Source: Octopus sinensis
Taxonomy: Eukaryota
NCBI RefSeq assembly: GCF_006345805.1
Contig: NC_043017.1
Span: 1,178,001 to 1,242,000 of the forward strand
Length of the DNA: 64,000 nucleotides
Direction of reading: 5' to 3'
Shown: positions 12,601 to 24,480 of the stretch, in pieces
Layout: every line of letters begins with the position of its first letter
How positions within the stretch are numbered: position 1 is the stretch's first letter
The notes under the pieces: model-generated
Database searches by the model: none
What the model was told of the DNA's origin: nothing
What the model saw: the letters and a program-made list of their open reading frames with translations, nothing else
Position numbers and translations under genes: made by a program

Positions 12601-13236
12601 CATCCTTGTGGCTATGGCGAAAGAATGTATCTGGTGGACGCGTCTGAAAGGATTGGAGACAAACACTTTCCTCTCTGGTCAATCTCTCATCAACTTCTTC
12701 AAGTACCACTTGAAAAGGAAAGTGAGAGTAGAGAGGCAAGTTTTGTCTAGCGAATGTTTTAAAAAAGATGGGTGAATGTAGCAAGAATGGCACGTATGAA
12801 TGACGAAGCCACCTTGAGCATAGTCCTATGAACCCAGAAATCGAAAACAGAGAGTTGCTTATTTGCAAAAAAAAAAAAAAAAAAAAAGAAATATAAAATG
12901 TGACTTCATTGACCGAGGTTACCGTGGTCTTTTCCGCAGGCTTTTCTTTCCACGGGTAAACCTCACCTGTCCTCCCCTTTACACTTCATATTGACATTTC
13001 TGTGATAACGATCCCTATTGATCATTTTTTTTTCCTCTCCCCCCCCTTTTTTTTTTTTTTTTTTTTTAACCCCCCTTATTTTTGTCCTCTTTCTCTCCTT
13101 TTACGATCCCTTTTGATCGAACCTCCCCCTTCCCTTTTTTTTTTTTTTTTTTTTTTTTTTAATACCTTCAAAAGAAAAGCTCTACCTTGTAATTTGTTCT
13201 ATCTGTGTGCAGCCCTGTGTGGCTAATAAAGAAACA
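9654..13236 (+). mobile_element. Tx1/L1-clade non-LTR retrotransposon, copy 1 (5'-truncated inside the endonuclease, 3' end complete)
   Basis: Long APE-RT-Cys/His ORF, pyrimidine-rich 3' UTR ending AATAAAGAAACA (13225-13236), (TATC)n on both sides; near-identical second copy at 62230-63596. Confidence 0.95.
9692..12775 (+). CDS. Tx1-like ORF2, 5'-truncated: C-terminal half of APE endonuclease, reverse transcriptase, C-terminal Cys/His motif
   Basis: Frame is open from 9692 (GSNGCAFRLVSVYAP...) into the 997-aa track ORF. APE motifs YAP, GDWN, YLDR, TDH; RT motifs KSPGLDG, NFRPITLLN, LDQSKAFDRVDH, RQGCPLS, YADD (11447-11458); CPRC...HALVQC. One fewer A at 12761-12766 (A6 versus A7 in copy 2) shifts the last ~20 codons; the original stop is probably 12829-12831. 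Confidence 0.9.
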   Translation, partial: GSNGCAFRLVSVYAPPLTGRADFFQRLEVFLGTSRPLLLVGDWNATLDTHVDYVGRDRNRRGCKCLRDLLRRFQLSDRFRLDHPNAPTWTWSNRIGSSRSYLDRILCRTVDRDSIGCPQFHIVSYTDHKLVTCTLDLGKTLRQGPGYWKLNASFPSRQVFRDRISTLVKRALTGAIINNKWWFALKRAVKAEAIRYSKALAIDRNRVEGELVKKLEEAIRSGIASDVLAARLALDQHFNAKHEGCAVRARMRALRNEGVGAAREARVAEAQQGNKATIRSLVDEQGRELLEPSKMCEAFQQHFARLFGTSGGQERRVDFSAYLHSLPRLSTRKAGCCEGAITAAEVREAMAECSRDKSPGLDGLPYELYNCMPDLFGDLLAAVYCNWQQNGSIPGFVSRGAVTLLKKDLNKGNVIDNFRPITLLNADLKILAKVLAKRLALVIEKLVDKAQTCAVPGRTIHDNLHLMRYIIDRVVNEPGMGGALINLDQSKAFDRVDHRYLEAVLRAAGFGPVFRGWIAALYRGIRSVIRVNGHLSRPFDIARSVRQGCPLSALLYVLTLEPLLRKLATLRGIPRELGCGTSVSAYADDVTVIVSSHEHIELVGETLKNYEAVTGAKINREKSVGLRLGTWRSKPMPSTSASVVGRWTDGPVELLGVWFGPDLQVEKNWNEITSRVVTLARQWAERKLSLKGRAEVANTYIASVIYYRLTVVPCPDPTITKLQRILFRFLWKGCVPMVRRSICCQHPLKGGLGMPWLMMRRHALRLRHLWLYVDDGEQVWSPFVRHAFPQLVSMTELQSWIKKRPRKGEWHRECRVALKQLCRPGSTLSDFNTTKAFYRGLVEGRYDDELGANLDVDEEYLTRLFGTTFGPGPMDNFQRSLAWQCYREALPVRDKLYRHGSRNTGPTCPRCGQSDETVLHALVQCPTISDLWAYVEQLLSHVGRVGLSAESIVNIVTPPSFKREGRAIFIILVAMAKECIWWTRLKGLETNTFLSGQSLINFFKYHLKRKVRVERQVLSSECFKKDG

Positions 13237-13329
13237 TATCTAACTAACTATCTATCTATCTAAATAACTATCTATCTCTGTATCTCTCTCTCTCTCTATC
13301 TATCTATCTGTCTGTATGCCTGTCTGTAC

Positions 13330-13363
<34 letters not shown>

Positions 13364-13370
13364 TTGACTG

Positions 13371-13407
<37 letters not shown>

Positions 13408-13823
13408 ATATATGTATATTTAGCTTAGGGTTAACGATTGGTGTTAGAAGTCAATACGAATATTATTCAAAATGGAGCGCTATAAGATTACAGAGAAAAA
13501 CATGAAATTTAGAATTTGACAAAAGAACAGGAATTCTCTAATAACTGTTCTTAACTAACAGCTGTTTCTGCTACAAAATGCAGCGCTCTCATACCTGTGT
13601 AATTGTGCATCGCCTAAAAGACTCCTCAGAGCTCCTGAAACGAAATGCAATGTTATTTCGGAAAGCATTTACACACATTAAAGATATCATTGACCAAAAT
13701 ATAAAGCTAGATGAAAGAAAAGAATAAAAGATAATAGTATATGACGGATAAAAGCTAGTCCCTCAGAAATTTAGATTTAGACAAGTGTATGTATATATGT
13801 TTAAATCTATCTATCTATCTATA

Positions 13824-13868
<45 letters not shown>

Positions 13869-13900
13869 GTTTGTCTATCTATCAATCTATCTAACTATCA

Positions 13901-13964
<64 letters not shown>

Positions 13965-13965
13965 C

Positions 13966-13997
<32 letters not shown>

Positions 13998-14017
13998 CCT
14001 ACCTATCTATCTATCTA

Positions 14018-14048
<31 letters not shown>

Positions 14049-14399
14049 GTATGTCTGTCTGATTGTCTCTCTGTCTGACTGCCTGCCTGTTTGTCTGTCT
14101 GTCTGTTTATCTGCCTATTTGTCTATGTACTCATGTATGTATTTATGTCTCTCTCTGTATAATATATAACTCTATGTGTGTGTGTGTGCGTGCGTGCCTA
14201 TATTTGTACAAAGGTTCTTTATAATGAACTAATGAACCCCCATATACATATATGGCTATACGCATACATACACCAACGCCTACGCCAAATTTGTATTGTA
14301 ATCACTTAGGTAGACACTTTTTCATTGCACTTAGGCTTCGTAACCTTTTTCCATGAAGTGCTGCCATTAAGACATCGAATTTCCACTGAATACAAATTG

Positions 14400-15400
14400 A
14401 CTACAGGATAGTGTAAAGTCTTAACGAGGTATTTTGGATTCTTATACGTCATCAGAAGGTTAATGTAGGTATTGTAAATCTTCATTTATTCTTTGAAAGT
14501 ATTATACGAGCAGGATTTTAAATGTAAGGAACCTATACAAAATTGACGTTTTAATTTCAGTAAAAGTAAAGTCTAATATTTTTCTAAATCTATCAGCGTT
14601 CGTTAGGGGTTTTAAGGGGTTCGATTTTTTCTTTTTTTTTTTTGATAACGTCCAAGGTAATTTAGTGCGTGAAGTTAGTAACCTACAAAACCCAAATGTT
14701 TCACTAACTGTTGTGCTGCCCTCCCCCATGCCGATAAACATAATACAGTGCTGATGTGTTTATCGCAATGCATTAGGAGTTCTTATACAACACAGAGTAT
14801 TTCACAGTTCAAAGTACAATTTCAATATCTGACGATTTCGTAATAAAATAAACTACGCATATGTTGAGAGATATTTTACAGCAAACTCAAAGAAACGGAG
14901 GTAACTTTCTTTCTTTCAGGATGTTTTTAAACAGTCACATGACATTGTATGTGTTTACCCAGAGTGTACAACATTAGTTGCAACTATGATTGCATTATAA
15001 TATCGATTAGGATTATGCTAGAAGCATTTTTCACCGGGTTACATTTATGTATTTTGCATATAAAAAAGCATCAAATAACAATAAACGGAAAGGTTATAGG
15101 TAGGATGTTTAACAGTCGGAAAGCAATTAAATTTTTCTGCAGTTAAGTAGTTTATATATGTGACAGTGTTGACCTAAAGGAATCTTACTTAAATATAGAT
15201 TTTAAATCTCTTCAAATTAGAATATCTTATAGATGCAATTGAATATCTCCAAAAATTTATATTCACATGAAACGAGTTAAAATATGTGTGGAATTTTAAA
15301 TATAATTTTCTTTTTCTCACAGATAAAAACATCGCCATACAAAATCTATTAAATCGTTGTGTAACCTAAATCCTCAAGACATACAAATATATTTAAACTA
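14400..15400 (+). pseudogene. Decayed leucine-rich-repeat coding remnant
   Basis: RNLYKIDV...KSNIFLNLSAF (14521-14601) and EAFFTGLHLCILHIKKHQITI...MFNSRKAIKFF (15021-15137) follow the F..L..L..L.L..N.I pattern. Confidence 0.5.
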
Positions 15401-15510
15401 ACAAAATTAAACAAATCAAAGCATATAAATATACATTATAAACAGTCATAATAGTTTATACATACATGTCTATATATACATACATAAACACATATATATA
15501 CATACATAAT

Positions 15511-15588
<78 letters not shown>

Positions 15589-15853
15589 TGTATGTATGTA
15601 TGTATGTATGTATGTATGTATGTATATACATGTATAGATATGCATTGCATTAAAGAAATAAGTAGAATGAAACATTTTGCTTGGAAACAAATAGATTTGA
15701 ATTAAACTGGGTTACAAAACAGGGAAATATTCAAAGGAAGCATAGGGTAAAAAGTACCGGATCTTGAATATCTTCTGATCCGGTATGCAATATTAAGAAA
15801 AAATTGAATTTTTAAGAGCGAATTTAGTAGATGCTTCGAAGTGTATGTATATG

Positions 15854-15961
<108 letters not shown>

Positions 15962-15994
15962 TGTATGTATGTATGTATATATGTATGTGTATAC

Positions 15995-16060
<66 letters not shown>

Positions 16061-16728
16061 AGTTTGTGTTAATGTTGGTGCATATATTATCTCTGCGCAT
16101 GCATTTGAGTGTGTGTTTCTGCACGTGTATCAGCATGAGTATTACATATGTACGTACGCATGTATGTATAAATGAGTGTCAATGTACATGTCCGTATGTA
16201 TGTTCCTGTGCCGGTACGTATTAGCGTACATGTACTTGAATATTCACCAAAAAATCTTTCTCTTCTCCATTTTCACTCGCAATATAGACATTTATGTTCA
16301 CATTAAATATTCTTCATTTTATCATTCTAAAATCATTTACACATATAATTTTATTACCGAATATTTTGCTCTGCAGCTGTCGCTTATATTTTACAGATCT
16401 GTACCTGTTATACATTTTATACCGTTCAGCTTATGTATTTCTAAGCAACCAACAAAACGAACGTACGTTTAACATTATAAATGTCGCTTGCAGCATTTTA
16501 AATCTAGAAACACTACTAGAAAATCTCTAGACAAAGAGTAACTATAAGATGAATATTTCAGCACGCGGTGCGTTTGTGTCATCTGAAGACAATTTAGAAT
16601 TAATAATCTTCAAGTATGAAGTTACGATGTATTATCAATAAGAGACCATATCATACATGTATATAAAATATATTGGAAGCTTGTCAGTCCCCTGTTAATA
16701 GGGTTTCAGGTATATATATATATATATA

Positions 16729-16759
<31 letters not shown>

Positions 16760-16925
16760 GGTGTGTGGTGGTGTGAGTGCGTGCGTGTGTATGTGTATCT
16801 GTGCGCGCGCGTCTTTGTGCGTCTGTGTGATTGTGTGTGTAAATATATATATGTTAATAAAAAATATACATATATTTCAAAGTATACAACTATCTCCGTA
16901 TATATGTTAGCATTTAATATGTATG

Positions 16926-16957
<32 letters not shown>

Positions 16958-17166
16958 CGTATGTATGTATGTATATATACACACGCACATACGTATACAT
17001 ACATATGTATAATCAAAATTTACTTATAATATATATATAAATTTATATATATATATATACCCCGGAGTAAACACATAAGTGTGAAACAAGGTGGAAAAAA
17101 GAGTACTCAAATACCAGTGGTAGAGTAATACGCTTTATTTAAAGTATATATATATATATAATACTA

Positions 17167-17239
<73 letters not shown>

Positions 17240-17241
<2 letters not shown>

Positions 17242-17511
17242 CGTGGAAGGTGTTTATAAGCCTTTAAGAAACACACAAAAGCCGTTCGATTCACTTCAAC
17301 ATTTAAGTTTAATTTGTCAAATATTTTCGTCGCTAAAATCCGCGACCTGTTTCACTGACAAAAATCCGTGCTGGCATCTCCACGGATTTTTGTCAGTGAA
17401 CAGGTCGCGGATTTTAGCGACGAAAATATTTTGACAATTAAACTTAAATGTTGAAGTGAATCGAACGGCTTTTTGTGTGTTCTTAAATGGCTTATAAACA
17501 CCTTCCACGCT
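17240..17511. repeat. Inverted repeat, ~130-bp arms, 10-nt loop
   Basis: AGCGTGGAAGGTGTTTATAAG...AAAATCCGTG / CACGGATTTT...CCTTCCACGCT, with few mismatches. Confidence 0.9.
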
Positions 17512-17577
17512 GCAATTGTTTTCGTTTCAGCACACGATCTCACAGATCAAATTACTTGCTATGCGAATACATCTCCG

Positions 17578-17619
<42 letters not shown>

Positions 17620-17761
17620 TATATATATATAATAATATCTAATATAATATATATATATATATATGTATATATATATGTATATATATGTGTATATATATAT
17701 ATAATATATATATATATAATATATATATATATATATAATTATTATATTTATTATTTTAGAA

Positions 17762-17858
17762 GAGCTTCTACAGGACTAGAACTGTTTATTCAAATGAAAT
17801 CTTCAGGAAGCTCCTGAAGATTTCATTGAATGAAACAGTTCTAGTCCTGTAGAAGCTC
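17762..17858. repeat. Inverted repeat, ~47-bp arms, 3-nt loop
   Basis: GAGCTTCTACAGGACTAGAACTGTTT...TCTTCAGGA-AGC-TCCTGAAGA...CTGTAGAAGCTC; two 1-nt indels. Confidence 0.9.
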
Positions 17859-17974
17859 CTTCTATAAATAATTAATTTACTCTGCTATGTATTGAGTACC
17901 TATTTTTCTGTGGTTAACCCCCAGACTCACCCCGGGACCTACATATATATATATATAATATATGAACATCAGAC

Positions 17975-18300
17975 AGATATTACTTTCCTTAAGATGTGCG
18001 TTGTGCCCAATAAGGCTGCTTTTTGCAAGACATCAATCTTGCATCGGTCTCTTGTTGCCTTAAGAAGTTTTGAAGTTTCAATTGGATTGAGCCCAATGCT
18101 CCGATCACAATTGGTATCACTTTTACATTACCCTCTCGTATTCCATACAGTTTTGCCATTTCCACTTTCAGTTCAGAATACTTAGTGATTTTTTTCAACC
18201 TCTTTACTCACAACATTCATGTCATTTGGTATGGCTACACTAATGATCTGACAGTATTTTTCTCTCTTACTCAATATGATACTATCCGGCCGACTATGAT
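17975..18300 (-). mobile_element. R4/Dong-like LINE 3' fragment (restriction-like endonuclease domain)
   Basis: HSRPDSIIL...CQIISVAIPNDMNVV.KEVEKITKYSEL...VIPIVIGALG...LQKAALLGTTHILRK. Confidence 0.8.
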
Positions 18301-18322
18301 TTTTGTTGTTATTATTGCCAAA

Positions 18323-18510
18323 GTGGCAAGCTTGGAGAATAGTTCGCGCGCCGGGCAAAAGGCTTGGCGGCGTTTCGTTCGCCTGTACGTTCTGAGTTCA
18401 AATATCGCCGAGGTCGACTTCGCCTTTCATCCTTCAGGAGTGGATAAAGCAGGTACCAGTCAAGTACTGGGGTCGTTGTGATCGACTTACCTGCTCCCTA
18501 CAAATTTCAG
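18323..18510 (+). repeat. SINE family A copy
   Basis: CTGAGTTCAAATATCGCCGAGGTCGACTTCGCCTTTCATCC...TACCAG. Confidence 0.8.
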
Positions 18511-18894
18511 TGCCAGTGCCTATAGTAAAAAGGATTATTATTATTATTATTGTTGTTGTTGTTGTTGCTGTTACTGTTATCAATAAGGCTTCTACATGTC
18601 TTTCTTGCCTGATTACCGAAGTCTGTATTATTATAAAAAATAGCTCTAGACTTAGGTTGACGTTTTTATGTTTCGGTAAAACCATCGGGATTCCCCCCCT
18701 CTCACCCACATCTTCTTTCTCCTCATCTCATCCTCACTCCACTTCGTCGTCCCTATATTGATAATTCTTGTGGTTGATACGCCCACCCTCAACGACGATG
18801 GCTTTGTCGTTATTGTTATGAACGTTGCTATCGACATTATCATCTGGGGAAAAGAAGAAGAAGAAGAAGAAGAAGAAGAAGAAGAAGAAGACGT

Positions 18895-18927
<33 letters not shown>

Positions 18928-19492
18928 AGGAGAAGAAGACGTAGAACAAGAAGAAGAAGAAGAAGAAGAAGAGGAGGAAAGAAGAAAAGAAGAAAAGAAG
19001 AAGAAGAAGAAGATGAGAAAAAGAAGAGGGGAGGCGGTAGAGGAGATAAGAAGGAAGAAAATGAAACGATATTTCTAAATATTTTTTTCCGGTGGACAAT
19101 GGCAATATCTGAAATTAAGTAGAAATGAACATTTGTATATATACGTATATACACATACATATATTCGTTTAGAAATACACAAATACAGAGACATGCACAC
19201 ACACACACACATATTTAGGTGTCGTCTACTTGATCGTCTGTCTGTCTGTCCCAATAACAACATCCTAAAGGAAGAATAGAAGAATGGACAGCTACGGATC
19301 AAAGAAACTTAATCCAATAATCATTTCGATATAGAAGTAAACAATATTTCCCTCGTTGGTGTTATCCACACTTTATTCCCAATGTCTTCGTTTCATCCAC
19401 TCAAGCGAGCATGTGCTATTATTGTCTGATGTGAAACGCACACACAACATACATGTATGTATATCTATATATATATATATATAATATATATA

Positions 19493-19523
<31 letters not shown>

Positions 19524-19554
19524 ATATACATACATGTATGTATGTGTATATGTA

Positions 19555-19596
<42 letters not shown>

Positions 19597-20069
19597 ATAT
19601 ATTATATATATATATATATCATGTATATATATATATACATAAGTGTGTGTGATTGTGCATATCAGCGTATCTGCGTGTTTGTATGCATATACACACATGT
19701 ATATATGTATTTGAGCGCGCGTGTGTGTTTCAATTTCATAGCATCACACACACACACCTCACACAAACACAAACATGCACAAACAAACACGCATATACAA
19801 TCATATTCCCATTTATACAGGAATTCACAATTACATATAAAGCAATATTGAAACAGGCGGCTCTTATAAATTTAGAATTGTTACCTTCGTTGTCTTCACA
19901 TAAGTTTTCATCAAATTTTGGATTGAATTTGCGACGCTAAATACTTGAGTACGTTTTTATATATGTATGCCTCCTCACCTAACGTTATGTTTTAAATGCT
20001 TGGCGTTATGGACATACTTATACGCACATACTCATTCACATGTACGTTTATATATTCTTTGTTTGCATA

Positions 20070-20190
20070 GGCACAGGAGTGGCTGTGTGGTAAGTAGCTT
20101 GCTTACCAACCACATGGTTGCGGGTTCAGTCCCACTTCGTGGCACTTTGGGCGAGTTTCTTCTACTATAGCCTCGCGCCGACCAAAGCCC
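20070..20190 (+). repeat. SINE family B 5' head
   Basis: CAGGAGTGGCTGTGTGGTAAGTAGCTTGC...GGGTTCAGTCCCAC...TTGGGCGAG (A box, B box, CORE-like). Confidence 0.8.
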
Positions 20191-20285
20191 TTAGAATGAC
20201 CTCTAAATGACGGGAGTAAAGGTAAGGGAGTAAAAATGTTCATAGTATTCGCGTAAGCGCGCATGTCCATACCTAGAGAGACAGA

Positions 20286-20320
<35 letters not shown>

Positions 20321-21031
20321 GAGAGAGAGATATGTTATATATGTATGCGTGTGAGTGATTATATGCGTTTATGTATCGGGGTTGCAGACAGTGACGCTTG
20401 ACTAGACACGCAGTCGTTGAACCTGAAAATGATTGTCAATGAAATTAGAAATCTTAATCTCTGCCTCCGTATACTTCGTCCTAATCTCCTTCCATAGAAA
20501 TTCTGCTACTCATATTCCGTTTACTTATGTCTTCATTGGCATTTTTCCTCTGCCGCTCATCTGTTCTTATTTCTTCGATGCTAATCTTTAATGCTACATT
20601 TTCCGACTCTTAAAATTTCCATTCGCATTTCCCGACGCTAATCCTTAAGGTTGCAGTTTTCGATACAGAATAAAGTTTATTCCAGTTTCTTAGAAACCTA
20701 GTGATAAGAGAAATGTTGAAATATCTACACTTTACAAAATTATTTGGCGCAATTCTTGTTTAAGCACTTTCTTATTTTGTAATTTCCTTCACAAAAAAAG
20801 TACTTGAAACTTTTTCTTAAAGATCAAAACTTTATTTGCCAATACACAAAATTATATAACCCAAGCACAAAGACATTGACACATACATCCATATGAATGT
20901 CTATTGTATATATATACACACTCACATCTCTCTCTCTGGTTATAATATATATATATATATATATATAATATATATTATATTATATATATATATTACATAT
21001 ATATATATATGTATATATAATTAATGTATGT

Positions 21032-21062
<31 letters not shown>

Positions 21063-21237
21063 ATGTATATATATACATATATATATATGATATATATATG
21101 TATTATTCTATATAATATATATAATATATATATATATATATATTATATATACATGTATATATATACATATATATATATATGTTATATATATATATATATA
21201 TAAAAATAAAAAATCTTGCAACAACAAATATTTAAAC

Positions 21238-21297
<60 letters not shown>

Positions 21298-22145
21298 TAT
21301 ATGTATGTATTATGTATAAATAAATACGAGAGTATTTAACGCATAGAAATTCGCACAGAAGTGATTATTCTGCCCGCTCGGTGATTTAGTAGAAAGACAT
21401 TTCTGCCCAAATTACCCCGTAGTGGGACTGAACACGAAACCATGCGATTGAAAAAAGCAAGATTTATAACAACAACAACAACCATGCAAACAAATAAATA
21501 AATAACTGAATAGAAAAGCGGAAGCGTTTTAATACCAGTTCCGGTATCAATATTTTAGATATGGCGTGGCTCTCTCTGATTTTTCAGATTTTAAGCTGTG
21601 TCATTATAATGCAACAACATGCTGACTTCGTTTCTGATGCGATTTATGCATTCAAATCATCTCACATTGCAGCGTTTACACCTCGTTTCATTGCTGACAG
21701 CGAAAATAGATGAATGCATAAACAGCTGCATTATCCAAAATATTCCTGTACATGAATGTTGTATTGTTGTATATAGAAGTCCTTGTAGTTATGCATTAAG
21801 GATAAATGACAGAATTTATATATATAGAGAGAGAGACACGCACATACACATTGACAGTCAGTGTCGTAGGGAGGGAGAGAAACAGGCACAGCGGAAATGC
21901 ATACAATAGGAGAAAAATATACACACGTAGCTATTGTTAAGTGTGTATATAAATATATTTATTTTTTAAAATATTTCAACTTAACGTCAAATTTATGACA
22001 CGCACGCACAGACTTATACAATAGACACTATATATCAAATTACCTCTCACCATCTCTATCTCTACTTAGCTATTTCTACTTCCTTCTTTCAATCCATTCT
22101 CTTTTTCACTCTCTATATAATTCTATTCCTCTCTCTATCTCTCTG

Positions 22146-22234
<89 letters not shown>

Positions 22235-22242
22235 CTATCACC

Positions 22243-22319
<77 letters not shown>

Positions 22320-22330
22320 CTACCACCTCT

Positions 22331-22362
<32 letters not shown>

Positions 22363-22371
22363 ATATATGTA

Positions 22372-22482
<111 letters not shown>

Positions 22483-22659
22483 CTTAGTAATTTTAATATT
22501 TCTATTATATATACACATATATATATACATACATATTATATATATACATATATATATATACATATATATATACATATATATATACATATATACATATATA
22601 TATATATTTTATAAATATATACAAATACACGTATATATATATGTATATATATAATATAA

Positions 22660-22692
<33 letters not shown>

Positions 22693-22957
22693 TTGAGTAG
22701 TTGAATGGATTATCTTATTATGGAGAATTCGGTTAACCGATACCTGGGTAGCAAATTCACGTCAGAAAAACTGGTTGAAGCTACATGCATAGGGCAGAGA
22801 TCACGTGCTATCGTGTGGAAATTTGTGTGTTTTTTTTAAATACAAATAAATGAAAGAATGTAGTTGAACGACGAATTAAGAAAATTCCTTTATTTTATTT
22901 ATTTATTTATAAATAAAGGAATTTTGTTAATTCGTCATTTATTTATATATATATATA

Positions 22958-23015
<58 letters not shown>

Positions 23016-23104
23016 CATATTTGTGTGTGTACGTATCTATATAATACTTAACAGGAATTGAGTAAATTTGATATTAGGACGTAATAAAGGCCTTTGCCTG
23101 TGTA

Positions 23105-23500
23105 TTCTATTATACTCTTCACTTGTTACAGTCATCTGACTGCGGCCATGCTGGAGCAACATCTTAAAGTGTTTTAGTGGAGCAAATCAACCCGAGGCTT
23201 TATTTTTTAAGCCTGATAATTTTTCTCTCGGTCTTTGACTGAACTGCTAGGTTACGGAGGCGTAAACACATCATCACAAGTTGTCAAACGGTAATAGGTG
23301 GACTAACAAAATCACACACACACACACTCACTGACACATACATATTCCCCCAGCTTCTTTCAGTTTCCGTCTACACCAAATCCCTGCAAAGGCATTTCTT
23401 AGCTCGATGCCCCAACAGCAAGGTGCCACGAAATAGGACTTAACCTTTAGCCATATGTTTAGGAAGCAACGGTTTTACCACATAGCCACACCTGCGCCTT
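23105..23500 (-). repeat. Full-length SINE family B, diverged
   Basis: Tail GCGGCCATGCTGGAGCA through head ACCACATAGCCACACCTG. Confidence 0.75.
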
Positions 23501-23574
23501 CGCCTGCGTATGAATATTTTCGGTGTTCCATGCAACTGTATTTACAAACAGCCTTGCGATTTGGGGATAAGTTT

Positions 23575-23830
23575 CCTTACATCTCAAGAATATGACTCAG
23601 TAATAATGCTGAATTCAGAATGGAAACTTTCTGTAGAACGACAGTGCGTGTCTCATTTTCAACATCCTTCAACCTCTTACGTAGCCGTTTGGGTGATGTG
23701 CTAATTGCACCATTTAGCACCGGATGTAATTGTCGTCCTTCGTTTTCCACTAAGATCTTTATTTCTCCGGCTCGGTCCTCATATTGCTCAAGTTTCTCAG
23801 TTGCTTTGGTGTCCATTCCGGCATCAGAAA
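23575..23830 (-). mobile_element. R4/Dong-like LINE 3' fragment
   Basis: KATEKLEQYED...EIK...PVLNGAI...VLQKVSILNSALLLSHILE; degenerate RLE C-terminus. Confidence 0.6.
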
Positions 23831-23964
23831 TACCGTCGACGTCATCATCATCATCATCGACGTCGTCATCGTCATCGTCTACGCCACATCCGCCACTGCT
23901 GGAGCCACTGTTTTTGCCATCGTCGTCGACATCATCATCATCAATATTATTCAAAAGAAGATTT

Positions 23965-24480
23965 GTTTTTTCTAGCTCGGAGCTGAGAAAACTAATAAGG
24001 AGAGTACAGGAGGCGGTTGAAAATGCCAGCTTCTATATACGGCTGAAGCGAGAAGACCAAAAATGGCTTGAAAGTCATAACATACCGGCGGAAAATAACA
24101 TCACTAGGTCAGAAAAGCTGCACATTGAATCAGCTTCGCTGACTGACAGGTGACGGTCGTTTAGCGAATGGGTGGGCTAAGATTACGCACCTTCATTGGT
24201 CAGTTAAAATTGAGACAGTGTCACGTGACAACTTGCTGGTGCTGCCTGCTGGAGTCTGGGGCAGGGAAAATATTTGACAAGTCAGTCAGTTGCCCGCTGA
24301 CACTCGTTGACGCTACATCGAAGGGGCCAGGGAACAGAAGAAAGAAGACATGCACCCAACACCAAAGCTGAAGACACCTCCGAAAGTGGGGGAGGCGCCA
24401 CGTCAAAACGGTAGAGGAGTAGGGGGCGAAACAGGACATGGTTCCTCCTGATGATGTCTTGAGCTAACTGGATCCTATAA
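23965..24480 (+). mobile_element. HERO-like (RLE-clade) LINE 3' end and putative 3' UTR
   Basis: ELRKLIRRVQEAVENASFYIRLKREDQKW resembles the HERO C-terminal EAAERASFWLWLKR motif as I recall it; followed by a GC-richer non-coding stretch. Confidence 0.5.

Noticed and set aside
10072-12868. Secondary ORFs overlapping the Tx1 ORF2
   Set aside because: Shadow frames of a GC-richer coding sequence; no motifs.
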